A model generated the notes under the pieces. That model saw only the letters and a program-made list of their open reading frames with translations. It did no database searches and was not told the origin of the DNA. Shown here piece after piece: positions 25,168 to 37,511 of a stretch of DNA of 64,000 bases; position 1 is the stretch's first letter; each line of letters opens with the position of its first letter. The stretch comes from Eledone cirrhosa (Eukaryota). A program made the position numbers and the translations under genes. Location of the stretch: assembly GCA_964016885.1 (NCBI GenBank), contig OZ024746.1, positions 92,132,001 through 92,196,000 on the forward strand. Reading direction: 5' to 3'.

Positions 25168-26915
25168 TACAAGACAAAGGAGATGCCCTGGATAGAGGAA
25201 ACTATAGGGGTATTAAATTAGTTGACCAAGTTATGAAAGTCACAGAAAGAGTTATTACTCAACTGATTAGAGACCAAATTGATCTAGATGAAATGCAGTT
25301 TGGGTTTGTGCCAGATAAAAGTACCACGGATGCTCTTTTTCTTGTACGGCAATTACAGGAGAAGTACCTAGCTAACAGTAAACCCCCTCTACTTAGCTTT
25401 TGTTGACCTGGAGAAGGTCTTTGACAGAGTCCCACACACCTTAGTCTGGTGGGCTCTTAGAAAACTAGGAGTGGAAGAATGGTTTGTGAGAGCTATACAA
25501 GCCATGTATAGAGGAACAGTCAGCAAGGTCAGAATTAACGGAGAATATAGTGATGAATTTAGCGTAATAGTAGGGGTTCACCAGGGCTCCGTTCTTAGCC
25601 TGTTTATTATTGACCTACAGGCTATAACAGATTGGCTGCCCATAGGAACTTCTATATGCAGATGATCTAATTCTCATAGCTGAATCTATGGCTAAACTAG
25701 AGAGGAAGTTCCAAACATGGAAGCATGGCCTTAGAGTCAACTTGTCTAAGACTAAGGTTCTAGTATGTAGAAAGGAGAATAGGGCACAGGTACCCTCTGG
25801 GAAATGGCCATGCTCAGTGTGTAAGAAAGGAGTAGGTAGAAACTCCATTCTATGTCCCAAATGCAAACTATGGGTACATAAAAGATGTAGTGGGATCAGA
25901 GGTAAGCTATCTAAGAATGTAGATTTTATATGTGGCCGATGCTCAGGTGCAGTAAGTAGCCAGAACCCAATGGATGATATCTCCTTCAACTGCCCAGATG
26001 GTTCTATAGAAATAGTAGACACCTTCCGTTACCTGGGTGACAAAATCAGCAGTGGAGGAGGGTGCTCTGAAAGTGTAGTAGCTAGAGTTAGAATTGGATG
26101 GAAAAAGTTCAGAGAGCTAATACCACTGTTGGCCACAAGGGGTTTTTCTCTAAAAGTGAAAGGCAGATTGTATGATGCATGTATACAAACGGTGATATTA
26201 CATAGTAGTGATACTTGGGTATTGTGTGCTGAAGACCTGCATAGATTAGAAAGAAATGAAGCTTGCATGCTCCGATGGATGTTTAATATTAATGTGCGCG
26301 AAAGGCAAAGCATAAACAAATTAAGAGAGAGACTCAGCATAAGAGGTATCAAATGTTGTGTTCTGGAGAGGTGATTGCATTGGTATGGACATGTGATGCA
26401 TATGAAGGATGACAGCTGTATAAAAAAGTGCAGGGCAATGAAAATTGATGGAAGCTGCGGAGTGGGTAGACCAAGAAAAACCTGGGACGAGGTGATAAAA
26501 ACCGACCTTGCACACCTACACCTCTCTAAGACAATGACACTGGATTGTGATCTTTGTGCCATGCAGTTGTACAGAAGACCCGACTACCATTGCATACAAA
26601 CCTACAGTCAGTAGGCACCTCTTAACTCAATGTACACCCCACCGCCACATCCGACCCCATCCTCCCTCTCCCGTTCCGTCCACTGTGTCGATGACACAAC
26701 AGTCCATACTGTAAAGTGACCGTGTAGGAAACACGGTGAAAAGGCTCCCAGTCCACACTGTAAATCCAGAAGGGCATCCAGCTGTAAAAAAACCTGCCAG
26801 AGATGCTTCTGTGCAGGCGAGACATGGTCTCCCGACCATTCACGCATAAAATGGAACAAAACCGTCTAACCCATGCTAGCATGGAAGATGGACGTTAAAC
26901 GACAATCTTGATGAT
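25168..26915 (+). mobile_element. Decayed 5'-truncated RTE LINE (RT, PHD, 3' UTR)
   Basis: Frameshifted ORFs 25149-26614 are homologous to the 1039-aa RTE protein; terminal ccatgctagcatggaagatggacg. Confidence 0.92.
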
Positions 26916-26917
26916 AT

Positions 26918-27570
26918 ATATATATAAATAAGAGGAAAGCACAAACAGAGGATAATTTCACTTCATCAGTTGTCTGCTGGAGGTCATGGACATTTCTATG
27001 CATTAAATACAATATGTCTAGCTCCAGTGCATCAATAACTAAAGGAAGTTATTGGGGGGGGGGGGGGATATATAACAAGGGAAAAAGGAAGAAAACGGAA
27101 AAAACGGTAAACAACATCCCGAAGAGGGAAACCCGAAAGCACATGTGTGAGCAACTCGAAGAGAGAGAAAAAGTTAAAGTCAACATCAGCTACTCAACTT
27201 AAGACCGAGGCTGCTGTGTGGATGTGAAAAAAACAGGTCTGACCTCTGCAAGAGTAGGGGAAAAAGAGGCAGAGGCGAGAGAAACAGCAGAAGCAGTGGG
27301 GTAGCTAGCAGAGAGAGAGAGAGAGAGAATAAAAGTGAGAGGGAGAAAGGGAGAGAAGAAAGAAAGGGGAAGAGTTAATAGCAACAAAGTAGATAGGGAG
27401 AAAGAGGGAACAGGTCACAGCAAAACTTGATAAACATTTTTGAGAAGAAACAGGGGCTGTGTTGTTGCTGGATAAAGTGTATATATAAATAAGAGAAAAG
27501 CATGAACAGAGGATAATTTCCCTTCATCAGTTGTCTGCTGGAGATCATGGACATTTCTGATACAGTATAC
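26918..27570. repeat. Diverged ~90-bp direct repeats (26918-27005 and 27480-27565) flanking a purine-rich segment
   Basis: tatataaataagag.aaagca..aacagaggataatttc.cttcatcagttgtctgctggag.tcatggacatttct occurs twice. Confidence 0.7.
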
Positions 27571-27671
27571 TAGACGCCAATAGCCGAAGCGAGGGATGCT
27601 CAATGCTTAGGGGTGTAGTGTTAAATATTAAAGAAAGGTTAATATTTAGTGAAGAAGGTAAGCAGAGCAAG

Positions 27672-28165
27672 TATAAGCAGAATAAATGGAGGAGAAGGCA
27701 ATATGTTAAAAACCAAACTTTACATCTTACACAGTGTTTCATCTATACAATAACGAATGATAGTCCTTTAAAGGAATTTTTATCCAAGATTGATTGGTTG
27801 GGCTAACCTTAAATAGCATCAATATTTACAGTTCTTTCTTCTCTGAAGATTCTATACTAATACCACTAACAACAATGTTTATTCATGCGTACACGCACAA
27901 AAAAATATATGTCATCATCATCATTTTAGAATGATGATGATGATGATGACATATATTTTTTTGTGCGTGTACGCATGAATAAACCGTGTTGTTAGTGGTA
28001 TTAGTATAGAATCTTCAAGGAAGAAAGAACTGTTAATATTGATGCTATTTAAGGTTAGCCCAACCAGTGTGAACTATTATTCATTGCTGTATAGATGAAA
28101 CACTGTGTAAGAAGTAACGTTTGGTTTTAAACATATTGCCTTCTCCTCCATTTATTTTGCTTATA
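27672..28165. repeat. Long imperfect fold-back (~240-bp arms) centred on a (CAT)n/(ATG)n junction
   Basis: Arms are complementary from tataagcagaataaatggaggagaagg to ccttctcctccatttattttgcttata; centre near 27926. Confidence 0.88.
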
Positions 28166-28258
28166 TATATATATATATATAAGTATTGAAGTTTCCGTTG
28201 AAAATTGAAAAAGTCATAGGAGTGAAGAGTGCTCTATGTAAGTTACAGAGCTAAATTT

Positions 28259-28483
28259 AATGTATAATAAACAATACAATATAATTACCTCATTACCAGA
28301 GGTTTCCCGAATAAGACGAATACAAGAAACGTCTTCATTCGTTCGTCAGACAAGGCAATTTAAAACATAGGCTATGTTTTAAATTGCCTTGTCTGACGAA
28401 CGAATGAAGACGTTTCTTGTATTCGTCTTATTCGGGAAACCTCTGGTAATGAGGTAATTATATTGTATTGTTTATTATACATT
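28259..28483. repeat. Perfect 225-bp palindrome with a hammerhead in each arm
   Basis: Centre aaaacatag-g-ctatgtttt at 28371. Confidence 0.92.
28385..28456 (+). ncRNA. Type-I hammerhead ribozyme (mirror copy on - strand at 28286-28357)
   Basis: tgccttgt CTGACGA acgaatgaagacg-loop-cgtcttattcgg GAAAC c-tct-g GTA atgaggta; predicted cleavage after 28448. Confidence 0.82.
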
Positions 28484-28512
28484 ATATATATATATATATA
28501 TATGTATATATA

Positions 28513-28665
28513 ATAATAATAATTGTTTCTACTTTTGGCACAAGGCCAGCAATTAGGCCAGTGTATTACTGGTACTTTATTTTATCGACCCCCGTAAGGA
28601 TGAAAGGCAAAGTTAACCTCGGCGGGATTTGAACTCAGTCCGTAAAGGGACGTAACTGTGCTGCA
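28513..28665 (-). mobile_element. SINE family B (5' part truncated)
   Basis: Reverse complement of 29050-29189. Confidence 0.8.
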
Positions 28666-28667
28666 AA

Positions 28668-28990
28668 AATAATAATAATAACATTCAGAAAGATGCTGAT
28701 GTTACATAAATTGTTTATTCGTTATAATTATTTCAACGGTTCTCCCATGCAATCAAGATGTAATTCATGCCCGGCAGACATGTCTCTGCTGGGTCCACGA
28801 GCAAAAGGACATGTTTTTCCTGCCAGCAGCATATCACAAAATCAAATTTCAGCTGAGGATACCGTTCTCATAACAACAAATCCATGAATTACATCTTGAT
28901 TGCATGTGAGAACCGTTGAAATAATTATAATGAATTATTAACATATAATGATTTATATAACATCAGCATCTTTCTTAATGTTATTATTAT
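28668..28990. repeat. Fold-back inverted repeat with a hammerhead-like motif at 28848-28934 (+)
   Basis: Arms aataataacatt...gatgtaattcatg / catgaattacatc...aatgttattatt. Motif: CTGAGGA at 28853, long stem II, then GAAAT aatt ATA. Confidence 0.75.
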
Positions 28991-29001
28991 ACTGAATCAT
29001 A

Positions 29002-29189
29002 GGGCGGTAAATTGGCAGTATCGGTAGAGGGTTGGGTGCCATGCTTTCCAGCATAGCTACGTCCCTTTACAGTCTGAGTTCAAATCCCGCCGAGGTTCAC
29101 TTTGCCTTTCATCCTTACGGGGTCGATAAAATAAAGTACCAGTAATGTACTGAGTGATTGCTGGCCTTGTGCCTAAAGTAGAAACAATT
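29002..29189 (+). mobile_element. Full-length tRNA-derived SINE, family B
   Basis: gggcggtaaattggcagtatcggtagag (A box), gagttcaaatcccgcc (B box), core and agaaacaattat tail. tatactgaatc occurs on both sides (possible TSD). Confidence 0.85.
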
Positions 29190-29296
29190 ATACTGAATCT
29201 TGATGTAATGGCAGTATCGGTAGAGGGTCGGATGCCATGCTTTGACGCATAGAGTTACGGCCCTTGCCATTCTGTTTTCAAATCCCGCCATCCATT

Positions 29297-31283
29297 CCAC
29301 CCACCCAACTTCAGAGTTGGTACCGTGAATGTAGGCATTTTGAAAGGTCGCTCAAATGAGGTTGTAGAAATACTTAAACGTAAGGAAGTTGATGTTTGTT
29401 GTATTCAAGAGACTAGGTGGAGAAGTGGGTCTGCTAGATTCATTGTGGGTAAAAAACGATGCTATAAACTTTTCTGGGTGGGAAATGACAACGGGCAGGG
29501 TGGAGTAGGAATTATGTTAGCTGAAAAATGGGTAGATAAGGTAATAGACGTAAATAGAGTGAATGACAGAATAATTAAAATAAGACTAGTTCTAAATAGA
29601 ACTACTGTGACAATAATATCCGCTTATGCACCCCAATCTGGCCTACTTGACGTTATAAATGACAGGTTCTATGAGTCGCTAATGCTCAGTACCTCCCAAA
29701 TAACCGACAGTGACTACATAATTATTGCTGGTGACCTAAATGGTCATATTGGACAACATTGTGATGGCTATGATGGAATCCATGGAGGCTATGGGTTTGG
29801 TACTAGAAATGAGGAAAGCTTCAGGATCCTGGAATTCTGTGACGCTAATAACATAACTATCTGTAACACAAACTTCAAAAAATGAGACAATCACTTGATC
29901 ACCTATAGATCGGGGAACACGCCTTACTAGAAGACGTGACAGAAAGTCTGTTGTAAACACTAAATCCCTCCCCCGTAGCCTAGTAGTTAGTGACCTCATA
30001 GTCAGGACTAGATGTATTCGACAACAGAGGATACTCTGAGGAGAAGAATATGGAAGTTGAAGGACCCCACAGCCAGTAACAAATTTAAAAGCATATTACT
30101 TGATGCTTTTGACAATAAGGAAGAGCAATTAGAGACATACAATATAGAGGAACAGTGGGAATTCTTGAATGTTAACCTGCTGAAGGCGACAGATGAAAGA
30201 CCTATTGGCAGGAGGAGAGTAACTTGGTGGTGGAACAATAAGGTGGAGGAGACAATCAAAGCCAAAAAGCAGGCTTGGAAAGTATGGTGGGATGGGGGAA
30301 GTAGAGAACACTATCAAGTGGCCAGAAGAGAATCTAGGAGACAAGTGTTCTTTGCAAGAAGGGAAGCAGAGGATAGAAAGTTCAAGCATGTTCTACAATG
30401 TGAGGACCAAAAACGTGAGGTGTTCAGGATTGCTAGACAATGTGTCAAGGAAAACCGTGATATTGTCGGGGAGAAGTGTGTCCGTAATGATGATGGTGTA
30501 CTTTCCCTCACTGATACTGATAAGAAGATAGCCTGGAAGTGTCACTACGAATGAGGAGAATAAATGGGAAAAAGATAGTCTGCCCCAAATCGATCCAATA
30601 GAGGTTGCAAGTTAAAGGTAGTATAATAAGTAAGGTAATCAAAGATATGAAGACAGGCAATGTGGCTGGGCTTTCAGAGATAGTTGCTGAGATGTTGAAA
30701 GCATCTGGAATGGTGGGACATACTATGGTCACCCAGATAGTAAACCAAGTAATACAGAATGGGGTTATACCAAATGACTGGCATAGCATCATCATCATTA
30801 ACTGCTACAAGAGTAAAGGAGATGCTCTAGATAGGGGAAACTATAGAGGCATTAAGTTAGTTGACCAGGTCATGAAGGTCACAGAAAGAGTTACAGCGCA
30901 ACTAATCAGAGACCAAATTGATCTAGATGAAATGTAGTTTGGGTTTGTGTTAGGTAAAAGTACCACGGATGCTCTTTTCCTTGTACAACAACTACAGGAG
31001 AAGTACCTAGCTAAAAGTAAACCCCACTACTTAGCATTTGTTGTCTTGGAGAAAGCCTTTGACAGAGTCGCCCGCTCCATTATCTGGTCATCTCTTAGAA
31101 AACTAGGTGTAGATGAATGGCTTGTGAGAACTATACAAGCCATGTATAAAGAAACAGTCAGCAAGGTTAGAATTAACACAATGAATATAGTGAAGAATTT
31201 AGCGTAAAAGTAGGTGTTCATCAAGGATCTGTCCTTAGCCCCCTCCTGTTTATTATTGCCCTTCAGGCTATAACAGAGGTGAC
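29297..31283 (+). mobile_element. Decayed RTE LINE, APE domain to mid-RT
   Basis: ORFs 29325-31207 are homologous to the N-terminal two-thirds of the 1039-aa protein, with stops, frameshifts and deletions. Confidence 0.92.
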
Positions 31284-31284
31284 C

Positions 31285-31520
31285 AACTGAAGGAAGAATC
31301 TGTAGTGGAAGAATGTGACACAGGCCACTGCATCTGACACAGTGATGAGGTGACAAACAAGATAGTACTGTGGTGACCTAATGAGGGACAAATCTGTAAA
31401 GGAAGGAGAACAATTGCCTATGTGGACTGCTAGACAACATGGGGACAGTAGCAGAGCTGAGGGATGTGTAGAATCAGTGGAGTTTCCCACTGTATGACCA
31501 AGGATAGAAACACCAAGCTC
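31285..31520 (+). mobile_element. Decayed 3' fragment of a different LINE family
   Basis: GHCI*HSDEVTNKIVLW*PNEGQICKGRRTIAYVDC resembles LINE RT C-terminal GHC.RH...LW.P..G...GR....Y.D motifs. Confidence 0.55.
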
Positions 31521-31849
31521 AGACATAACTGCCATATTCCAAATCTACAACATGTTCTGTAGATATAGAATATAAACAGACGCTACATGTTAATACTAAC
31601 AGACACTACATGTTGATACTAACAGACACTACATGTTAATACAAACACTACATGATAATATAAACAGGCATTACATGATAATACAAACATCTCATGTTAA
31701 TATAAACAGGCATTATATGTTAATACAAACACTACATGTTAATATAAACACTACATGTTAACATAGTTGTCTATAAACACCAATATAATTGGTAAATTAT
31801 TGTTTATGAGCTTCAAGAAAATATGGTCGAAAGACATCTAGAAGAAATT

Positions 31850-32023
31850 GTCATCATCATCATCACCATCACCACCATCATCATCACCATCATCATCATC
31901 ACCAACATCATCACCATCATCACCATCATCATCAGCATCACTATCACCATCATCAACACCACCATTACCATTATCACCATTACCACCATCATCATCATCA
32001 TCATCACCATCACCATCATCATC
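31850..32023. repeat. (CAT/CAC)n microsatellite
   Basis: Seen directly in the sequence. Confidence 0.95.
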
Positions 32024-32333
32024 AATAAAAGAAATCTTATTTTGCCCCAAACTATATTTAGAGTGTGACCACATGTCACCATATATTTACAATTCATTCT
32101 ATCTCATTCTGTTTCTAGTCATTAGCAATGTTTACACATACAAATATGCATCATTATCACCATCACATATATATATATATATATATGTAGAGGTTATATT
32201 TAAATATAACCTCTACATATATTTAGCTCCTTTATTGTTGAGTGCTTTAAATTATAACTGATTAAAAATGGAATTCTTTAGGATCTAAGAAGACTCAGAT
32301 GATAAATATAGTTTCCATTTATTAATATATTGT

Positions 32334-32683
32334 ATCATCATTCATCATTTCATCATTTCATTTTACGTCCGCTTTTTCCCTGCTTGCAAGGGTGGGACGG
32401 GAACTGATTCTGGCTTGATTTCTACAGCTGGATGCCCTTCCTAACACCAACCTCATTTACAGTGAGTGCTGGGTGCTTTTTTGCCGTGGCACCTCCACAA
32501 CCACTTTGCAATGGAATGATAGGGACCCCAGTCCTATCATCTCATTTCTACAGCTGAGTAAACTGGAGCAATGTGAAATAAAGTGTCTTGCTCAAGGAAA
32601 CAACACATCACCCGGTCTGAGAATTGAACTCACAACCTTTCGATTTCAAGGCCAATGCTCTAACCACTAAGCCATGTGCCTCC
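32334..32683 (-). mobile_element. Full-length SINE family A
   Basis: Reverse complement of 9858-10195. Confidence 0.9.
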
Positions 32684-32745
32684 ATATATATATATATATA
32701 TTACTTCAAAATATTAATAAATATAGACATTCATGTGATCAAATA

Positions 32746-32811
32746 TATTTTATTATACATATTTCAGAGATACTGAGCTATTTCAACAGTACGTCCTCAT
32801 CAGATAAAATA
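32746..32811 (-). ncRNA. Minimal type-I hammerhead ribozyme
   Basis: Minus strand: tattttat CTGATGA ggacgtactg-loop-cagtatctct GAAAT atgt ATA ataaaata; same stem I as the 21481 copy. Confidence 0.78.
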
Positions 32812-32869
32812 AGTTGATGCTTGACATACCATGACTATGCTGATGGTTATAATTTAGTCATGGCATATA

Positions 32870-32900
<31 letters not shown>

Positions 32901-32907
<7 letters not shown>

Positions 32908-33090
32908 GAAAAAAAGGAAAAGAATGACTTCACTTGTAGTGTTAAAGAATTTTTTGATTTAATTTTATATTATAATATTATGAGTTGTGGATCTACCACT
33001 ACCAACTCATAATATTATATTATAAAATTAAATCAAAAAATTCTTTAACACTACAAGTGAAGTCATTCTTTTCCTTTTTTTTCAAATATA
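32901..33090. repeat. Near-perfect fold-back (~85-bp arms) in (TA)n
   Basis: tatatttgaaaaaaaggaaaagaatgacttcacttgtagtg... pairs with ...cactacaagtgaagtcattcttttcctttttttcaaatata. Confidence 0.88.
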
Positions 33091-33173
33091 CCTAACTGTA
33101 CCAAGGATCTCACACATTTTCCAATATATATATATATATAGAATTGGTTACACAACAGTTAGTTCACCATACC

Positions 33174-33209
33174 GAGAACAATTGTTTCACCTTAGCGGAT
33201 CCTCAGCTC
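33174..33209 (-). ncRNA. Very short hammerhead-like motif
   Basis: Minus strand: gag CTGAGGA tccgctaaggt GAAAC aatt GTT ctc. Loop III is palindromic and stems I and II are weak. Confidence 0.55.
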
Positions 33210-33286
33210 GTAATGGACAACTCGTAATGGACAACTTGACCCATGGACTGAGTGCTCTACCACTATATTACCTTCCAGTGTTCTAC

Positions 33287-33370
<84 letters not shown>

Positions 33371-34083
33371 TACATATCTATTGAAGCATGGAAGCTTCAT
33401 TGCTTTCCAATCTTCACAGGTCCTTTGCTGTTTGTATACAATCATCATATAATCTGCCCCTCATTTGAGAAAACACCTTTTATGTATTTGGATATTTATA
33501 TATTTTTTCCCTTCAATTTATGCCCGTTATTTTATTTCAGCCTCACTTTCATTTATCCTAAACTCTGTTTTCAAATCCATATCCCATTCAATAATAAACT
33601 TATTCTGATGAATGAAGACAAACATAAGTGTCAAGCTCTTCAAAAAACCATTGGTAAATGAATTAATTATCTTATGTTGTTTATTACATAACTATATCTA
33701 TATGTATATATATTTGCATATAATACCAATAAACACACTACATTTGTTAGCAGAAAACCACCCTTCTGCTAGAACATATAAATATTTAAATTAACGAGGT
33801 ATTTAGCTAATATACAACCAATAATACATACTGTCTTTTGTTTTTATTACCTAAATTGTATTATTGATATAGGAAGCAGGTGAATATAAAGGAATTATGA
33901 TTACATACAGCTCAACTGATTTATTCCACAACATTCCACGAACGCTCTTCTATATTCTAGTCTGCTGCCAATTTCTAGCAAAATTTTTCTGTAACTTGCC
34001 ACGAAAGTAAAAAAAAAACAGATAAATATACACACACACATGTATAAAAAAATATATATATATATATATGTAAAATATATATA

Positions 34084-36070
34084 TATAGAGGGACCAGCAG
34101 TACAAGTCAGCGGCAGCGTAGTAAGTAAGGCAATCAGAGATATGAAGATAGGGAAGGCAACCGGTCCATCGGGTATAGCTGCCGAGATGCTGAAGGCATC
34201 TGGGTCTGTAGGTCACACTATAACCACACGTATCGTTAACCAGGTAATACTAGAGAGGGCCATACCAAAAGATTGGTGCAGTAGCATCATTGTCAACTGC
34301 TACAAAGGTAAAGGTGATGCACTAGATAGAGGAAACTATAGAGGTATAAAGTTGATGGACCAGGTCATGAAAGTAACAGAAAGAGTTATAGCACAGCTGA
34401 TTAGGGACCGGGTGAATATAGACGAGATGCAATTTGGGTTTGTACCAGGGAAAGGCACCACTGATGCCCTCTTCCTTGTGAGGCAATTACAGGAAAAGTA
34501 CCTAGCTAAAAGTAAGCCACTCTACTTGGCATTTGTTGACCTTGAGAAAGCCTTTGACAGAATTCCACGTGCAGTAATCTGGTGGGCTCTTAGAAAACTA
34601 GGAGTAGATGAATGGCTTGTGAAAGCGGTACAAGCCATGTATAGGGGAGCAGTCAGCAAAGTTAGGATTAGCAATGAGTATAGCGAGGAATTTAGCGTAC
34701 AGGTTGGGGTCCACCAGGGCTCTGTTCTTAGCCCTCTCCTGTTCATCATAGTCCTGCAGGCAATAACGGAGGAGTTTAAGACCGGATGCCCATGGGAACT
34801 CCTGTATGCTGATGACCTCGCACTCATAGCTGAATCTATGGTAGAACTAGAGAATAAATTCCAAACCTGGAAGCAGGGACTAGAGAGAAAGGGCCTCAAA
34901 GTCAACATGACAAAGACTAAGGTCCTTATAAGTAGACGAGAAAACAGAACCCAGATCCCCTCAGGGAAATGGCCTTGCTCAGTATGTAGGAAAGGTGTAG
35001 GTAGGAACTCCATTCTCTGCCCCAAATGCAAACAATGGGTACACAAGAGATGTAGCGGGATCTCAGGAAGCTTAATTAAGAATGTACGATTCACATGCAG
35101 CAGCTGTGCTGAAACAGCAAGCAAACAGCCACAGGAAACAAGTACCACCAATCTCTGGGAGGGCCCTGTAGAAACAGTAGACAGCTTCTGCTACCTAGGT
35201 GACCGAATTAGCAACGGAGGTGGGTGCTCAGAAAGTACAATAACTAGGGTAAGAACGGGATGGAAGAAGTTTAGGGAACTACTACCACTGCTAGCTGCAA
35301 AAGGCTTCTCCCTCAGAATGAAAGGCAGACTGTATGATGCGTGTATCCGAACAGCGATGTTGCATGGTAGTGAGACCTGGGCGCTGAAGGTGGAAGACTT
35401 ACGTAGATTAGAGAGAAACGAAGCCTGCATGCTCCGATGGATGTGTAACAGTAATATACGTGAACGACAAAGCATAAAGGAATTGAGAGAGAGACTGAGC
35501 ATAAGAGGAATCAAATGCTGCATGCAGGAGAGGCGGTTACGCTGGTATGGACATGTGATGCGTATGAAGGATGACAGCTGCATAAAAAGGTACAGAGCAC
35601 TAGAAGTTGATGGAAACCGCGGAGTGGGGAGACCCAAGATGACTTGGGATGAGGTGATAAAAGCCGACCTTACCCAACTACACCTCTCAAAGTCAATGAC
35701 ACACGACCGTGACTTCTGGCGTCACGCAGTAATACAGGGTACCCGACCTCCCATGGGTACATGCTGAAGCATATAAACAATATGCCCCCACTCCCCCCAC
35801 CGCAAGGTGGTCGTGGAGGTGCCACGGCAAAAAAGCACCCAGCCCACACTGTAAAGTGGACGTGTAGGCGCCACGAAAAAGCACCCAGCACTCACTGTAA
35901 ATGAGGTTGGTGTTAGGAAGGGCATCCAGCTGTAGAAATCAAGCCAGATCAGTTCCTGTATGAGCAAGGCATGGTCAGCCGACCAGACACTGCCCACAAC
36001 AGGACAACCCGTCTAACCCATGCTAGCGTGGAAGAACGGACGTAAAACGGTGATGATGATGATGATGATG
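34084..36070 (+). mobile_element. Young 5'-truncated RTE family-A copy (RT frame intact), near-identical to the full-length element
   Basis: ORF 34040-35767 matches the 1039-aa protein from IEGPAVQV onward with only a few substitutions. 5' junction is in (TA)n; (GAT)n tail. Confidence 0.97.
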
Positions 36071-36082
36071 ATATATATGTAT

Positions 36083-36428
36083 GGAGGCACATGGCTTAGT
36101 GGTTAGAGCATTGGCCTTGCAATCGAAAGGTTGTGAGTTCAATTCTCAGACCAGGTGATGTGTTGTTTCCTTGAGCAAGGTACTTTATTTCACATTGCTC
36201 CAGTTTACTCAGCTGTAGAAATGAGATGATAGGGACAGGGGTCCCTATCATTCCACTGCAAAGTGGTCGTGTAGGTGCCACGGCAAAAGCACCCAGCACT
36301 TACTGTAAATGAGGTTGGTGTTAGGAAGGGCATCCAGCTGTAGAAATCAAGCCAGAATCAGTTCCCGTCCCACTCTTGCAAGCAGGGAAAAGTGGACGTA
36401 AAATGATGATGATGATGATGATGATGAT
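36083..36428 (+). mobile_element. Full-length SINE family A directly behind the RTE tail
   Basis: Same structure as 9858-10195. Confidence 0.9.
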
Positions 36429-36972
36429 GTATATATGTGTGTATATATATTTATTTATATATATGATAACAAGTTATCGTTATAGGTAATCCAGTAAGAG
36501 GTTGTGAGTACTCCGTATTGTGGAGAGTTGTAACGTACGGCGTTGTTCGACTCAACAAGAGGTTTCCATCGTTACTATTTTTCTATTTTCTAATCTAACC
36601 CTCTGAGATTTCACCACTACGTATGTATGTATTTAATGTTTCATTTCGTGTTAGTATTATCTCACCACGTCTTGACACATACACTTACTCACCACTCTAA
36701 CTTTAATCACACACACACACACACACACATATATATACACACATACACACACACATATATATATATAAACAAACTCAGATTACATTTATTGTATTCAGCC
36801 ATGTAGAGTGATAACTAGTTGTTAGTTATTTGAATATGGCAAAGCCGGCCATTAATCGCTCGTATACTGACTGGCCTGTCTGCTGATATGCAAATCTGGC
36901 TGATCAGTCACTGTATATTTTAGAAAATATCATATATTTTCACTGGCTTTGACAGTTGGCAGGTGAACAGTG

Positions 36973-37020
36973 AGCTGTACTGATGAAGGGTAATACCCAG
37001 AAACATTAGTGTCTGTAGTT
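36973..37020 (+). ncRNA. Type-I hammerhead ribozyme
   Basis: agctgta CTGATGA agggt-aat-accca GAAAC a-ttag-t GTC tgtagtt. Stem I pairs with G-U wobbles; predicted cleavage after 37013. Confidence 0.72.
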
Positions 37021-37511
37021 TAAAACATCACCACTGGACAAAACTAATAATACTTTTATCTACATGATTTGCTTTAAACAAACGGCAATAAAGATTTTGC
37101 TATAATTCCTACTTTAGTAAAAATTCAGCAATCATATTTCAATGGTCAAATATTGTAACTTTAATAAAATCCCCGAAATCCCCGGGTAGCTCAACTAGTA
37201 TAATATAAAAGAAAGATATTTATTGGTTGGTTAGCTGGTTGAATCACACGAAAACCACCACCACCACCACCACCACCAATAACTACCATAGACTGTCTAT
37301 TTTGGGGCCAATATTTTGGTTATTATTGCCTGCCTCTGCCATTTATTGTTGTTATTTCTTCATGGCATCTGTCAAAGACATTCCTGAAGATCTCTTCACG
37401 TCTTCTAGTGTTTACCTTTTATTTACACCTATTAATTAAAGAACACTTAACCATCATAACTGGAACCAGTTCTAGCAGCACTGAACCAAAATATAGCTCT
37501 TCCCTTTTGTC

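Noticed and set aside
26955-27530. CTGATGA motifs on the minus strand of the direct repeats as hammerheads
   Set aside because: There is no properly placed stem II + GAAA + NUH and no stem I.
34522-35637. Antisense ORFs over RTE copies (also 57393-59942, 25615-26562, 12700-13380)
   Set aside because: Shadow frames of the RTE coding strand.
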